Assembly: GCA_001600815.1 (NCBI GenBank)
Contig: BCKZ01000005.1
Span: forward strand, 850,875 to 914,874
Direction: 5' to 3'
Source: Alloascoidea hylecoeti
Lineage: Eukaryota
Length of the DNA: 64,000 bases
Shown here: in pieces, positions 48,333 through 61,679 of the stretch
How positions within the stretch are numbered: position 1 is the first letter of the stretch
Layout: each line of letters starts with the position of its first letter
Notes under the pieces: model-generated
Told to the model about the DNA's origin: nothing
What the model saw: the letters and a program-made list of their open reading frames with translations, nothing else
Databases searched by the model: none
Program-made: the position numbers and the translations under genes

Positions 48333-48945
48333 AAAGTGAAAAGAATTGTTTTTTTTTTATTTAATTTTGCAAAATATTTAAAGAGCAAAATTTCCCATAT
48401 GCATTATTGTATCTTCTAAAATATATATTATGTTTTTATTATTCTTTTTTCCCATTATTTCCTTTTTTGCATTTTGTTGTTTTATTTCTAATGTACTAAC
48501 CGGTATATTTTTTCTTTATCACACAACATCTTTTTCTTATTATTAATTTTCTTAATACTTTTTCGCTATTCTATTATATTAATACTGATAGCTTAGTTTG
48601 TAAATAATACTCATTTGATTGATTGAAATTTGGGAAATGAGTAACCTTTGTTAATTAACGAGGATGTTTCTGTTTCTGTTCCGCATGTTTGATAAATTTA
48701 AAATTGACTAGTATTTCTTTTTGATTTATATTATTTATTTGATTTTTATTATATCATTATTGTTATATACACTTATACCCTTTTGCTTAAGCATAGTCAA
48801 TTTCGACTTTTACATATACCAAGATAAAAATAATTATTTAGAATATGTTTTAAATCACGTGGAGTCACATGACCGTAGAATTTTTTTTCAGTAATTTTCA
48901 TTTTAATCTGATTTTTCACTCTTCAACTGTATATAAATTTATAAA

Positions 48946-50613
48946 ATGTCAGCAGTAATTGGTATTGCATTTGGAAACACCAGTTCCTCAATTGCTTATG
49001 CAAACCAGGATGGTAAAGTTGAAGTTATTGCCAACCCAGATGGTGACAGAGCCATTCCTTCAGTTATGTCCTATGTAGGACATGATGAATATCAGGGAGC
49101 TCAAGCCAAGGCCCAGCTTATACGTCACCCTAGAAGCACAATCGCAAACTTTAGAGATTATATTGGAAAGAAATTTGATGATATTGATGCTAGTGTTAGT
49201 GAATTCAGTGCACACCCTCTGAGTAAGGACGGTAAGGTTGTCTACAAAATTCCTATTACGAAGATCAACGAAGATGGCGAGTCAGAAACCATTGAGGAGG
49301 AAATCTCTGTTGAAGAGATTACTGCCAGACACTTAAAGACTTTAAAAGCAGCTGCTGAGGATTATATCGGAAAGCCAGTTGAAGGTGCTGTTTTAACTGT
49401 TCCAACTAACTGCTCTGAACATGAAAAGGCTGTTTTATTACAAGTTGCTAAATCTATCGACTTAAATATTCTTCAATTAATCAATGAACCAAGTGCCGCT
49501 CTTTTGGCTCACACCGCTTCCATCAGTGAAGAAGCACTATTGGAAGATAAGGTATACCTTGTTGCTGACTTTGGTGGATCAAGATCAGATGGTGCAATTA
49601 TCGCTATTAGAGGTGGTATATTGACAATTCTAGCCACGTCTCATGATTATGAATTAGGTGGTAACAAATTAGATGATGCATTAGTTGAATTCTTCGCAAA
49701 GGAATTCGAAAAGAAATATAAGGCCAATCCAAGATCAAATGAAAGATCATTAGCAAAACTCAAGGCTGAATCTGCTGATACTAGAAAAACTTTGAGTAAT
49801 GTCACTAGTGCCACAATATCTATTGATTCTCTTGCCGATGGTTATGATTTCCATACCACAATAAACAGAATGAGATTTGAATTAGTTGCAAGAAGTGCTT
49901 TAAATCAAATGACAACTTTTGTTGAATCATTAGTTAAGAAAGCCGACTTAGATGTTCTTGATATCGATGAAGTTTTACTTGTTGGTGGCACTTCTTTCAC
50001 ACCAAAGTTAGCTTCAAATATTTCATTTTTGTTCCCTGAATCAACAGTAGTTGTATCTCCATCTACAAACTCAAAAGCAGTTGATCCAAGTGAGCTTATC
50101 GCTCGTGGAGCTGCATTACAAGCTTCTATGCTCGAGCCATTTGATCAAGATGAAATAACTGAATCTTTACAGCCTGTTGTTGTCAATGCTTCTCATTTAC
50201 AGAAGGAAATAGGTATCTTAGATGCCGCAGGAAAATTCATTTCAATTGTTTCTTTAGAAACCGCCATCCCCATCCGAAAATCAATTAAATTGAAGAGTGC
50301 CGAAACTAAAGGTGATTTACTAATTGAGATATATGAAGGTAAAAGAAACATTAAGATCACAAAAGTTGAGAAACCTGCCAAAGGTGAAAGTAACGATGAT
50401 GATGAATCTGATTGGTCCGATGAGGAAGAAGAAGATGAAGAAATCAGAGAGAAGGAGATTTTACCTGGAACAAAACTAGGAGAATTAATTTTAAGAAACG
50501 TTGAAGCAAATTCAGTAGTTGAAATTGTAGCTAATGCAACTAGAGAAGGACAATTACACATTAGTGCAAAATCAGGTTCACAAGCTGTTCGTGGAGATAT
50601 TTCTCCAAAATGA
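48946..50613 (+). CDS. SSZ1: Ribosome-associated complex Hsp70 Ssz1
   Basis: VIGIAFGNTSSSIA, IANPDGDRAIPS and ADFGG.RSD; truncated substrate-binding domain with an acidic insert. Confidence 0.96.
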   Translation: MSAVIGIAFGNTSSSIAYANQDGKVEVIANPDGDRAIPSVMSYVGHDEYQGAQAKAQLIRHPRSTIANFRDYIGKKFDDIDASVSEFSAHPLSKDGKVVYKIPITKINEDGESETIEEEISVEEITARHLKTLKAAAEDYIGKPVEGAVLTVPTNCSEHEKAVLLQVAKSIDLNILQLINEPSAALLAHTASISEEALLEDKVYLVADFGGSRSDGAIIAIRGGILTILATSHDYELGGNKLDDALVEFFAKEFEKKYKANPRSNERSLAKLKAESADTRKTLSNVTSATISIDSLADGYDFHTTINRMRFELVARSALNQMTTFVESLVKKADLDVLDIDEVLLVGGTSFTPKLASNISFLFPESTVVVSPSTNSKAVDPSELIARGAALQASMLEPFDQDEITESLQPVVVNASHLQKEIGILDAAGKFISIVSLETAIPIRKSIKLKSAETKGDLLIEIYEGKRNIKITKVEKPAKGESNDDDESDWSDEEEEDEEIREKEILPGTKLGELILRNVEANSVVEIVANATREGQLHISAKSGSQAVRGDISPK

Positions 50614-52177
50614 AGAGTTAAGAATGAAAAATAAAAAACAATTGTACTCGTTTACATAAAAAGGAGTTTCCATGTTATTTGATTGATAGAAAACGTATCT
50701 AATATAATTTTAAACTTTATATTTACTGTAATTTATTGAGCTTTTTCATTGACTAACCAACACTATGGCTATCATGATTATTGATTAATCTACAACTTAT
50801 AATAACACAAGTCTAAAGTAATATCAGTATACAGTGAAGTCGATAAGTATGAAATGAAACTCGTGCCACAATACAAAACATAATAATTGCTTGCAACTTC
50901 AAATAATCTTTATATCTTATAGCATTTGTACTGTGTCTTCTGGAGCTCGAGGAAAGTATTTGGTTAGGTGATTTTTCGGCGCTAGGTGGAATTAAATGTT
51001 TGACTTTAATTCATTTGTAGGGAAATTATAATTCAACAAATTGTAGAGTGATTTCCTAATAACACAAAAAGAGGAGTAATAACACGTTCCTACATGGAAC
51101 TTTTGTAAGAGATCTTTGATAGGATTCCCAAGGGTGTCATATTCATCCAACATAACACACCTACCCACAAAGCTGTATTCATGATAAAGTAGTTTCATGA
51201 CAATAAAATAAAAGTATTGTAGTTTTATATATATATATATATATTCACCTGTTATACATATACATATGGCCACCAGCTTTATTAGTAATTCACCTCTTTC
51301 CTATTCTTAGATAGTTAAATAGTTAGTTATCTATCTATATAAGAAGAGGATTTTCCTCATTTTTCTAGGAGAACAATTTATTTCGACTACATATATTATC
51401 TTATCAAAGTAGATTCGATTCTAAACCATCAGCAATATATATAACATCATCGATCTGGAATCTCTTCAAAAAAGTATATTACAAGGCATGAACTATGATT
51501 ATTAGTATTTTGTATCAGTCTTTCACAAACTACCTCATAAATTTGGATATCATGGATATAATTATTAAATTTTGTATTGTTCATGCATCATGTAGCTTTG
51601 ACCCCGATTAGGTATAAGAAACATATTTTCATCAACTCATAAAACTTTATAAAGAGCGACACTTCATTCCCTTCACGAAAGGAATGTCAGTACAAAATTC
51701 GATGTCAAGAAAATCCGTGAAATTATTCAGAAACCAGTCACTGATTCTGTCTCATTTATTCTTTACAGTTCCAGAAGCTGGTTTTTATTAAAATACGTAG
51801 AACCAAAAAGATGCCACTGCTCTTGATATCGATCTATCAAAATCAAATAGATTGAATGAAAATGTACTATCAACATTCTTAAAGGTTCTCGATTACAATG
51901 AAATAAATTTGATTCACTTGTTTTAATATTAATCTTAACGTGTACTATGCAAAAAGTATATTTATCTAGATTTTATACAAAACTTATAATTACCATTAAT
52001 TATAAATCATAAAACAAAACAAAACGTACCAAAATCTTATTCCCAATAATTAAATGATTATAAACAGTTAAATTATTAAAAATGTTTCAAAACTATACAT
52101 GTATAAATCAATTGTAAAATCTAGTGTTAAAACTAGAGAGTGTCAGTCATTACAAATCATAAGTTATAAACGAAACT

Positions 52178-54530
52178 TCAATTCAAATTTCTGTATTCTT
52201 CCTCTGTATCACTTTCTTCAATACTTTCAGCTAAAGGAAAGTGAAGTTTACTACTATTTGAACTTCCAATGTTATAATAAATATCTTTTTCTCTATCTCT
52301 TGAAGATTCAATACTTCTAATACCAAAACCAATACTACCATTACTATTATTTGATTCTAAAGTATTTGATCTTCCTCTTCTTTGTGTTGGACTTCCATTT
52401 CCATTTCCAAGTAATGAATTTCTACTTCTTGAAGTAGTTAATCCAAGCATACTTGCAATATCAGGATTTGATTGTATTGCAGTTGATGTATCTTCTCTTC
52501 TATGTGATAAAATTGATTTTGGTGAATGATGACCAGATGAAACTATACCTAAACCTAAACCTGATGATAATCCTGTACCTGATGATGCTCTTGATCTTGT
52601 AGCAACCATTCTAATTTTTCCAGCTTGTGATGTTGATGGTATAAGTGGAGGAGATTTATTAATAACAATAGAATTTCCTGGTGATAATGATAAATGTCTT
52701 AATTTTGGAGTTATTGAAATTCTTTTATTTATTTTTGGTGTTGTTGATGTTGATGTACCACCAGATAATTTAAATGGTTTTATATCAATATCTGTACTTT
52801 CTGTACTTGTTAATGATAATGGAGTTTCAATTGTTTGTTTTGTTGAGTCATTTGAATCATCATTTATTACACTTATATTAAATGTTTCAATATCATTTTG
52901 ATTTTGATTTTGATTTTGATATACATTTTCATTTTCATTTTCAACTGCGGTTGTTTTTTCTAAACTTTTTATTGTTGTTGTTACAGTTGTTGTTTGTAAT
53001 TTTGAATTTATTGGAATTGAAATATGATGTTGTTTTCTAATTGATGAATTAATTAATTTTATTTTTGAAATTTCTTTATTTTCAAATGTTATTAATAAAT
53101 CATTAAATAAATCATTTGTATTAAAAATAATTAAATCATTAATTAATGGTATTAAAACTTTTCTCTTTTCGATTAAATTATTATTATCTTTATTATTATT
53201 ATTAAATCTTCTCATTAATGAATGACCAAAAATTGTTTGATTTGAAAATTTTTTAATTGACTCATTATCAAATTTTTTTAAATCTTCATTATAAAATAAA
53301 AAATTTAAATGTTTAAAAATTATATTTAAAATTGATATATTTATCCAACTTAATTGATAAAATGATTTTTTTAATAAATTTAATCTTTCATTATCATTAT
53401 TATTGTTTATTTCTGTATTATAAATTTTATTAATTTTATCAAATATTGTAAAACTTATTACTGAATCAGGTAATTCTAATAAATATAAAAATAAAATACC
53501 AATTAAATATTTTAAATTTGAATTATTAAATTGTTTAAAAAAATTTAATGAAATTTGATCAATTAATTCATTATTATTACTTTCTTCTGTTGTTGATTTT
53601 GAATCATATTTATTTAAATCTTTTTGAATCATAAATTTAACAAATTTATCTCTTATAATATGAACTTTTTTCAATTCATTTGGTATAATATTTGATAACC
53701 ATGCATTTTTGATTTCATTTTTAACATCTTCTTTATTATTATCATTACTATTATTAATTTTATAATTTAAATAATTCATAATTTCAGTTATTATTAATGG
53801 TATAACATTTGAAATATATTTATCATCATTATTTTTAATTAATTTTATTTTATTTTTATTATGTAAAATAATTAATTCTTCACCAAAACCAATATATTCA
53901 GAATGATTTATAATATCATCATAACCAACAATTTTAAATTCATCTTCATTATTAACATTCAAATCTTTAAAAGTATTTGAATTGGAAGGTAATGATGAAG
54001 AATCATAAAATTTTTTTGTAATTTCTAATCCTGTATTAAAACATCCAGTTCCTTTATTTAATATAAAATCATTTATAATAAATGATGAAGAAATAAATGA
54101 TGATGATTTTAAAATTAATTTAAATTGATCTTCTAATTCTGATGAATTTAAATTATCTTTTAATATATTAATTAATGAATTAAAAGTTTTATTTAAAATT
54201 ATTAATTTTTCATCATTATTAATATTAATTAATTCTTTTGTTTTTTTTAAAATTAAATTTGAAAATTTATTTTTTGTTGACTCTAAACCTAAATATAATG
54301 TATGATATGTTTGACATAAATTTTGCAATTGTTCTTCTTTTGAATTTAATATTGGAGTTTCTGGTATTACTGATTCTGTTAATGTTGAAGCAGTTGTTGT
54401 TAAAGATGATCTATTTGATGATGATGTTGATGATGATGATGATGATGAAAATGAAGAATCTATTGCTGAATCACTTGTTTCACTTGTATTAGAACTGAAA
54501 ACTTCTTTTGTAGAACTAGTTGAAAGAGAT

Positions 54531-54575
<45 letters not shown>

Positions 54576-55753
54576 GTTGAATTAATTGTAAAGCATTTTT
54601 CTAACCAAATATATTTATCATCACTAACAATAAATTTATTTTTACCAACCGATAATTTTTTTAAAAAACCATTTTTAATTAAATCGTTACCAAAATTTTC
54701 ACTAAATGATATTGAAATTGATTCACTACTTGATAAATTTAATAATAGCCATTGATGAATTTCATTTCCTGTTGATACATAATATGATGTATTAACAAAT
54801 GGAATTTTTATAATTTGTTTTGAAATTGTTGATAATAAATTATTAAAAAAATTTGATAATTCTTCTTTTGTATATAAATGATTTGAAATTTCAATTAATT
54901 CAATTTTATTATCTTTTGAAGAATTTGAATTTTCAATTTGTTTATTAATTTTTTCTTGTAATTGTAATTGTAATAAATTTGATTTTAATTTTTTTTTCTC
55001 TTTTAAATTTAATGTTGTATCAGTTTCATTTAATCCTTTAATTTTTTTTTCAGTTTCTTTAACTAATTTATTTAATTCATTAATTTCATCTAATTGATTT
55101 AAAATTAATTCCATTGATGATTCAATTTTAAATTTATATTGATTAGTATTCCATTCATTAAAAGGTTTATAAACTTTTGAATATAATAATTTTGATGTTG
55201 TTAAATGAACAAATGATTCATCTGAAAAAATATCTAATAATGAATCTATTTGATTTCTAATTGTTCCTATGTTGTTATCAGGTTTAATAGTTTCTTTTAT
55301 TTCTTGGTTTTTTTCATTTTCTTTTTGTGGTTGAGTATTCAAAGTTGAAGGAGTTTCAAACATCATTTTTTCAACTTCATCAATATCAAAGTCTTCATCG
55401 TTTAATTCATTTGTAGTTTTTTGTTTAGGAGTATCAATAATTTTCCTTGTTGAAGTTTTATCTTTATTAAATTTACTACTATTAAAGTTTTTATTTTTAT
55501 TTTTATTCTTATTCTTATTTTTATTTTTATTTTTTTGACGTATACGTAATTCTTTTGTATTATTATATGATAGATCCATTAAACTATCGGAAATTTCTTG
55601 TTCATAATCTATTCTTTTTTTAATTAAATCCAATAGATTCTGATGTTGTTTATAATTTAATAAAAGTTGATTATGAAATAATCGAAAATCATCAATTTGA
55701 AATATATAATTATCAGTTGTTGTTTCGGTAGTAATAGTGTTAATTGAGGACAT
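52178..55753 (-). CDS. F-BAR/DEP/RhoGAP protein, Rgd2/Rga8-like, very AT-rich
   Basis: N-terminal coiled coil (IKKRIDYEQE). DEP-like KIPFVNT...STGNEIHQWL...ENFGNDLIKNGFL. RhoGAP-like FGEEL...IPLIITEIM.YL...YLLELPDSVI. Confidence 0.75.
54533..54574. repeat. (ATT)n trinucleotide repeat encoding poly-Asn
   Basis: Direct read. Confidence 0.9.
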
Positions 55754-56212
55754 AATGATTTAGTTTATGACAGATAGAATATGGTATAAGCTGGAAAATA
55801 AAAATACAAAATTTGAAAGAGCAAATGATGGAGGAGTATGAAAAGTGAAAATAGAAGAATACAAACAAGAATAAAGATGAGCCTGGAGAATAAGACGTGA
55901 AAATAACGGAAGATAAGTTTAAACCACCAGAAAGTTTGAAACATAGAACATTCATTCACCAAAAGAAGGCGGTCTTTCTGGCCACGTGACTGGGCCAACC
56001 CACCTTACAAAACCAGCAGAGATTGAAGAAGCCCGTCTCCTGCCGAACAAACAGCACAGGGAGCCTCCAGGAAAGCTTGTGTAGGGTTGATCATAGCTAT
56101 AGGCTTCATAGCTACATGTATGAGACTTTACGGTATAACGTCAACGCATTATCATAATTATTATAAAAATGCCTAGAAATCACCTACAATATTAGGGCAA
56201 TTTATATAAAAT

Positions 56213-57023
56213 TTAGATAATTAAACCATCTCTTCTGCTTTCACTTTTCCATCCAATGGACCTTAAAGCAACTGCTAGTGTATCTCTAGCACTTTGGACA
56301 ACCACTTTTGCAAGACCTGCTCCTCGTTTCCTAACCCTTTTAATTGAACTTGAACCTTCATCATCACCACCATATAAATTACTATAATCATTTTCAAATT
56401 CTTTAGCATCTCGTGGTGTTAATGGTCCTTGATTTAAATCATTTGCCGTTGGTAAAACATTTTCTCCAGCACTTAAACTAACGAATAATGCAAAGGGTAT
56501 AAACCAAACACATAATCCAAAAAATGAAGCAACTTGAGAAAATGATGGAGGACCGTTATGTTTAAAATTTGGATCTAATCTTTGTTCCCAAGTTGGTATA
56601 GCAATCGAATTAAAATATTTAAACCAAATATAATGATTTATTAAAACAAGTAAACATGATCCAATAAAAATTGGACTTGTTAAACTTATAAATGGGAAAC
56701 TTTTTAAATTTTGATAATATATTAAATATGTGAATAATGAAAATAAACATAATTTAAATGGGAATGAATCAATTAACCATAATAATATAAAAATTCCTGA
56801 TATTAAATATATTGATTGTGTTAAGACTTTTTTTGTAAGAACTGAATATTCTTCAACTAATTCTGAAATATAGTAAAGAGCAGCAGCTAATAAATCATTT
56901 TAATCATTAGTTATAATACGTGGCAAATATATCATATATTAATGTGAAAAGCTTACCTATAGCTAAAGTAGCAAATATAAATGCAAGAAATATTCCAATG
57001 TATGAAAGAAGTTGAAAAATCAT
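56213..57023 (-). CDS. SVP26: ER-Golgi cargo adaptor Svp26/TEX261 (exons 57023-56957, 56886-56213; 246 aa); missed by ORF track
   Basis: MIFQLLSYIG..LAI-AAALYYISELVEEY...FPFISLTSP...NHYIWF.YF...SFFGLCVWFIPFALFVSLSAGENVLP. Phase-1 intron GTAAGC...ACTAAT...TAG. Confidence 0.93.
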
Positions 57024-57119
57024 TTTAAATTTTGATCGTTTTGTACCGTTTTAAACCTTTTAAAAGGAGTTTTTCCATTGAGAAACATAATAAATTAGCT
57101 ATGTGAGTATTCTGAAATG

Positions 57120-57127
57120 TCACGTGA
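57120..57127. promoter_or_regulatory. Cbf1-type E-box TCACGTGA in SVP26/cys2 divergent promoter
   Basis: Perfect palindrome ~85-90 bp upstream of a sulfur-pathway gene. Confidence 0.55.
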
Positions 57128-57210
57128 TGCCGTTTATTAAGAAAATAAAAATATACTCATCATTTTTCATTCCTCAAATCTTTGTATTTTATACAATATA
57201 TTATTATAAA

Positions 57211-58710
57211 ATGAATATAAATATGTTGAGATTATCAACTGGAAGAAACATTATAAACCGCTGTTCTGGCTCAAGTTTATTTCTAATACGGAATATAAGT
57301 TCTGGCACTGTTATAAGACAATTGAAAAAAGCTCCTCCGATGGATTCAATGGCTTTTCCGTGTTTGGATAAATTGGATGATAGAACTGCTGAATTGACGA
57401 AAAATTGTTCTTTTAACTCAGGACCAGAACCATCATATTCGGATTCTCATGATCCTCCAAATTATCAAGTTTTCACTTCAAATGATCCTTTAATACTTGA
57501 TTATGGCTCCGTTTTAAACTCTTTTAACCTTGCTTATGAAACATGGGGTGAGTTAAATGCTGATAAATCAAATGCAATTTTACTACATACTGGATTGAGT
57601 GCTTCATCTCATGCCCATTCAACAGAATTAAATAAAAAACCAGGATGGTGGGAAAACTTCATTGGTCCTTCTTCTGAATTCCCAATAGATTCTTCAAAAT
57701 ATTTTATTATTTGTACAAATGTTCTTGGTGGTTGTTTCGGTTCATCAGGTCCATCTTCAATAAATCCACAAACAGGTCAAAGATATGCAACTTCTTTCCC
57801 AATTTTAACAATACCTGATATGATTAGAGCTCAAAATAGATTAATTAAAAATCATTTTAAAATATCTAAATTATATGCTTCTGTTGGTGCTTCAATGGGG
57901 GGTATGCAATCTTTAGCATATGCAACTAATTTCCCAAATGAAACTTCAAAAGTTATATCTATATCAGCATGTGCTAGATCTCATCCATATTCAATTGCTT
58001 TAAGACATACCCAAAGAGCTGTTTTATTATCGGATCCTCATTATTCAAAAACAAGAGGGAATTATTATAATTCAATTCCACCACATACTGGTTTAAAATT
58101 AGCAAGAGAAATTGCAACTGTTACTTATAGATCAGGACCTGAATGGGAATCAAGATTCGGTAGAGATAGAGCAAATCCATTAAGAAAACCTGCTTTATGT
58201 CCTGATTTTTTAATTGAAACTTATCTTGATCATGCTGGTGAAAAATGGTGTTTAGAATATGATGCAAATTCATTTCTTTGGATTTCAAAAGCAATGGATT
58301 TATTTGATATGGGTATTAAACAACAAACATTAACTAAAAAGAATCGAAAAAATTCAATAATTTCACAAAATGATTTAGAAAATGAATTAGAAAATGCATT
58401 TCCAATAAATCCAATTGAAGAAACTCCTAGAGAAAAAATCCAACAATTAGAAAAAAATGATATTATAAATGGTTTATTACCAATGTCAAATTTAAAAACT
58501 TTAATAATTGGTGTTGAATCAGATATTTTATTCCCACAATGGCAACAAAAAGAAATTTCTGATACTTTAAAAAAAGGATCAATTTTACAAGGTGGTGATG
58601 GTTCAAATATAAAATTTGTTAATTTAAATCAAGATCAAAGTTGGTATGGTCATGATACTTTTTTATTAGATTTAAAAAATGTTGGAGGTGCTATTAAAGA
58701 ATTTTTATAA
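57211..58710 (+). CDS. cys2: Mitochondrial serine O-succinyl/acetyltransferase (MetX family; S. pombe cys2 / A. nidulans cysA type)
   Basis: Basic presequence, AFPCLD and [17 protein letters not shown] has the serine-type GLS motif. Also GGCFGSSGP, nucleophile GASMGG and [11 protein letters not shown] at 57211. Confidence 0.85.
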   Translation: MNINMLRLSTGRNIINRCSGSSLFLIRNISSGTVIRQLKKAPPMDSMAFPCLDKLDDRTAELTKNCSFNSGPEPSYSDSHDPPNYQVFTSNDPLILDYGSVLNSFNLAYETWGELNADKSNAILLHTGLSASSHAHSTELNKKPGWWENFIGPSSEFPIDSSKYFIICTNVLGGCFGSSGPSSINPQTGQRYATSFPILTIPDMIRAQNRLIKNHFKISKLYASVGASMGGMQSLAYATNFPNETSKVISISACARSHPYSIALRHTQRAVLLSDPHYSKTRGNYYNSIPPHTGLKLAREIATVTYRSGPEWESRFGRDRANPLRKPALCPDFLIETYLDHAGEKWCLEYDANSFLWISKAMDLFDMGIKQQTLTKKNRKNSIISQNDLENELENAFPINPIEETPREKIQQLEKNDIINGLLPMSNLKTLIIGVESDILFPQWQQKEISDTLKKGSILQGGDGSNIKFVNLNQDQSWYGHDTFLLDLKNVGGAIKEFL

Positions 58711-59353
58711 ATTATTTTAATTAGTATTATAGAAATGGAATATAATAGTTTTTGCATCATATATTTAAATAGCTATAGACGATTATATTTAGTATTAGTA
58801 TCTTATAATGATATATTCAAACTAAGATTAAACTGAAAATTCACAAATATTACACCTGATATTTAGACATAATGATAAATTTTAACTGACGGTTATTTCT
58901 AATAATCATCATCAAGTGTACCACAAATGTTTGAATATTTAATGTCGCAAATTTAGGGAGAAATCGTGAGAAAAAAAAAAAGTTTAATTTTAAGATGGAA
59001 AGTAAAAAAAAAAAAGTATGGTTTGGTTTAAATTTGTTGTAGCTAAATTTTTAATTTTATGAACATAAGTTAGTCGTAAAATGTCCATATTTGTACTGCT
59101 TAAATGGACAACAAAAATTTAAATACCCAAAACAGAATACTGCACTAAAAATTTTCAAAAAGTTTAAATATAATATAGTTAGAGTTCAAAATTTGAACAA
59201 AGATTAGTATGCATAGGCACATTAATTTCCCTTTTTGAAATCCGTACTATTTACATTATTACAAACTTGCAAAGCAAACTACTTCACCAATAAAAAATTT
59301 TATCAAAGAAAGATTAAAAGGGTGGTATACCATTTTTCCCATTTACCAATAAA

Positions 59354-60366
59354 ATGAATGATCCCAGATTAACTAAGTATGATTAACTAAGTATGATAAA
59401 TTATCTCATTTACACAAAAGAATGATGAAGATAAAACAAATATTAACCCGAAACGTTTAGAAAACTATTCAGAACTTCAGAAATATATAGATGAGATGAC
59501 TGGTCCTTATGACCATAATCCATTAGCACATAAAATTCAATTATTATTATATGACAATAAGACATTAATCGAACAAGGGGATAAAACTCCACCTAGAAGA
59601 GTTGAGGAAGAAGAAATCCCCACGTTATCAACTAAGGGTGAATCTCAATCAATCATAACTAGCGTCAAGCCAACAGAAAAGCGTTCAAGGTGGGATTCAA
59701 AGACACATTTAGAGCTTTAACCGGTAAAGAAATCAAGATGGGATTTTCAAGTACCACCTACTCAACAACAGTTAAAAAAAAGATCACAATGAGATCAAAC
59801 ACCTACAGTATTACGTGACACTCAAACCTAAGGAACAGTTTCCGTTATTCAACCTGGTACAACTGTAACAAGCCAAGCACCACATGAGATTTTATCAGAT
59901 GAATGATTGAGTAGTATATTGCCTTCTGAAGGTTATATAATTGTTGAACCACCAACACCATTAACAGTTCCATCTGAACATATTGGGTTTCACAATAATA
60001 GAATGAATATAGAATACCAGAAATGAATATTCAAAATAGTGTTTTAAAATCAACAAGTTTTATGCTTATGCAGTAACACCATTACTTGAAGATGCTTTAA
60101 CAGATGAAGATCAAGTACATCGACAAACAGCTGCTAGTGTTATTAATCATATGGCATTAGGATGTGTTGGATTAGGATGTGAAGATGTTTTCATTCATTT
60201 TTTAAATTTATTAATGCCTAATATTTATGAAACTTCACCTCATGTAATTGAAAGAATAATGAATGATATTGATGGTGTTATAAATGTTGTTGTTCTTGGT
60301 ATTGTATTAGATTATATTTGGGCAGAATTGTGTCATCCTGCTAGAAAAGTTAGAGAACCATATTGA
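59354..60366 (+). pseudogene. HSH155: U2 snRNP SF3B1/Hsh155 pseudogene with large internal deletion
   Basis: N-terminal KRSRWD/SRWD/..*DQTP repeats and ILSDE*L..ILPSEGY.IV.PP are fused directly to C-terminal HEAT text (AVTPLLEDALTDEDQVHRQTA..., NIYETSPHVI, HPARKVREPY). Contains stops and frameshifts. Confidence 0.9.
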
Positions 60367-61418
60367 AATATCTAGATCCTAACTCCTATGATCCCAGTCT
60401 CTATACAGTTACTTTGTCGTATATAAATAGGTCCATACTTTCCCCCTTCTAATAAAGCTTTCAACTTGGTTCCTCTTTATAACCTTTACAGTATACAAAA
60501 GAAAAAATAAGTAAAGTTTTAATATAATATAATTCAAATGAGTATAATATTTCTATAGTCAAACAAGACTCTATTGGGATTTGTAGTAATCATATAATCA
60601 TAATTTTTGACTTACTTACTCTTGATTCAACCAGATCTTTAAAAGACAATTACAAGCTTGTCCATAGGTAAAGGTTAATTATAGGCTTAGAGCTGATATT
60701 TAACATCGATCGATTGTGAGAATTATTATCCTACGATCTAGACTTATATATATAGCTTATAACATTCAAGTATTACACAGACACCGTAGACTCAAACTTA
60801 TGTGTAACTAAGCGGCAATCACAATTAATTAAATATAGATATATAACTTATAGTTGCATAATTTTCAGGCTTTTTGCTATGAATTAATTACATCATGATT
60901 AATAGAACTATCAATTGTTAGATTTTATTGAATATTTCTATTAATTCTATATGTTTAGGCTTTTAAATTTTTTGTCTATAATTTATCCCTAAGGTTAATC
61001 ATTGCTATAGGTTCACGTTTAAATAATATTAAATATGAATATTAATCGAACAGTAATCAAAAATCAAGCATATCAAATCTAGATGAATTTTGAGCTTGGT
61101 TACATATAATTTATACTATAATTACCAACTTTTAACTCAAGCGAAATTAAAACCAATATAAAAGAACGTTATTTTATCATGGTATTTATAATTAGTTAAG
61201 ATAAAATATTACGACATTAACATTCATTATATTAACTGAATCTAATTAATGATATGATTAATAGGTTCTTTGTTAAAAATTAAGCAACACGATAATTATT
61301 ACTACAAGACTATATAAATGGAGCTTTTTCCCTTTATTTTTGATAAATACAAGCTTTTCTCTTTTCTTTCTAACTATAACTGATTTAATCAAAAATATTT
61401 AAAGCTACTATTATTAAA

Positions 61419-61679
61419 ATGATTGGTGAATCAAATCCTTTACAAAGAAATAACGAAAAGAATCTTCAATCTGAAGAACACGGTGGTAAATTAAAAACCC
61501 ATCAAGAATCTAAAGGACATAACATTCAAACCGAAACTCATGGGGGTTGTGGGCCCGACAAGGTAGGTAATACTCATCAAGAATCCCAAAAACTCGGCGA
61601 AAACAAAGCTGAGTATAAATCTCAAGGGAAAATCACTGGAGATAAGAATCATTTAAAATCTGAAGGACACGGAGGTTAA
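61419..61679 (+). CDS. Small hydrophilic His/Gly/Glu/Lys repeat protein (hydrophilin-like), function unknown
   Basis: TATATAAA at 61311, AAAATG start context, higher GC than flanks, and internal repeats xxQ/KS/TExHGG x3 and THQES x2. Confidence 0.6.
   Translation: MIGESNPLQRNNEKNLQSEEHGGKLKTHQESKGHNIQTETHGGCGPDKVGNTHQESQKLGENKAEYKSQGKITGDKNHLKSEGHGG

Noticed and set aside
51620..51930. Coding-like decayed stretch between SSZ1 and the RhoGAP
   Set aside because: Stops in all frames and only vague similarity to transposase termini.
60364..60490. Possible solo LTR (TG...CA with TATAAATAG and AATAAA) truncating the HSH155 pseudogene
   Set aside because: Short, no target-site duplication (CATAT vs GTATA) and no second copy in the window.
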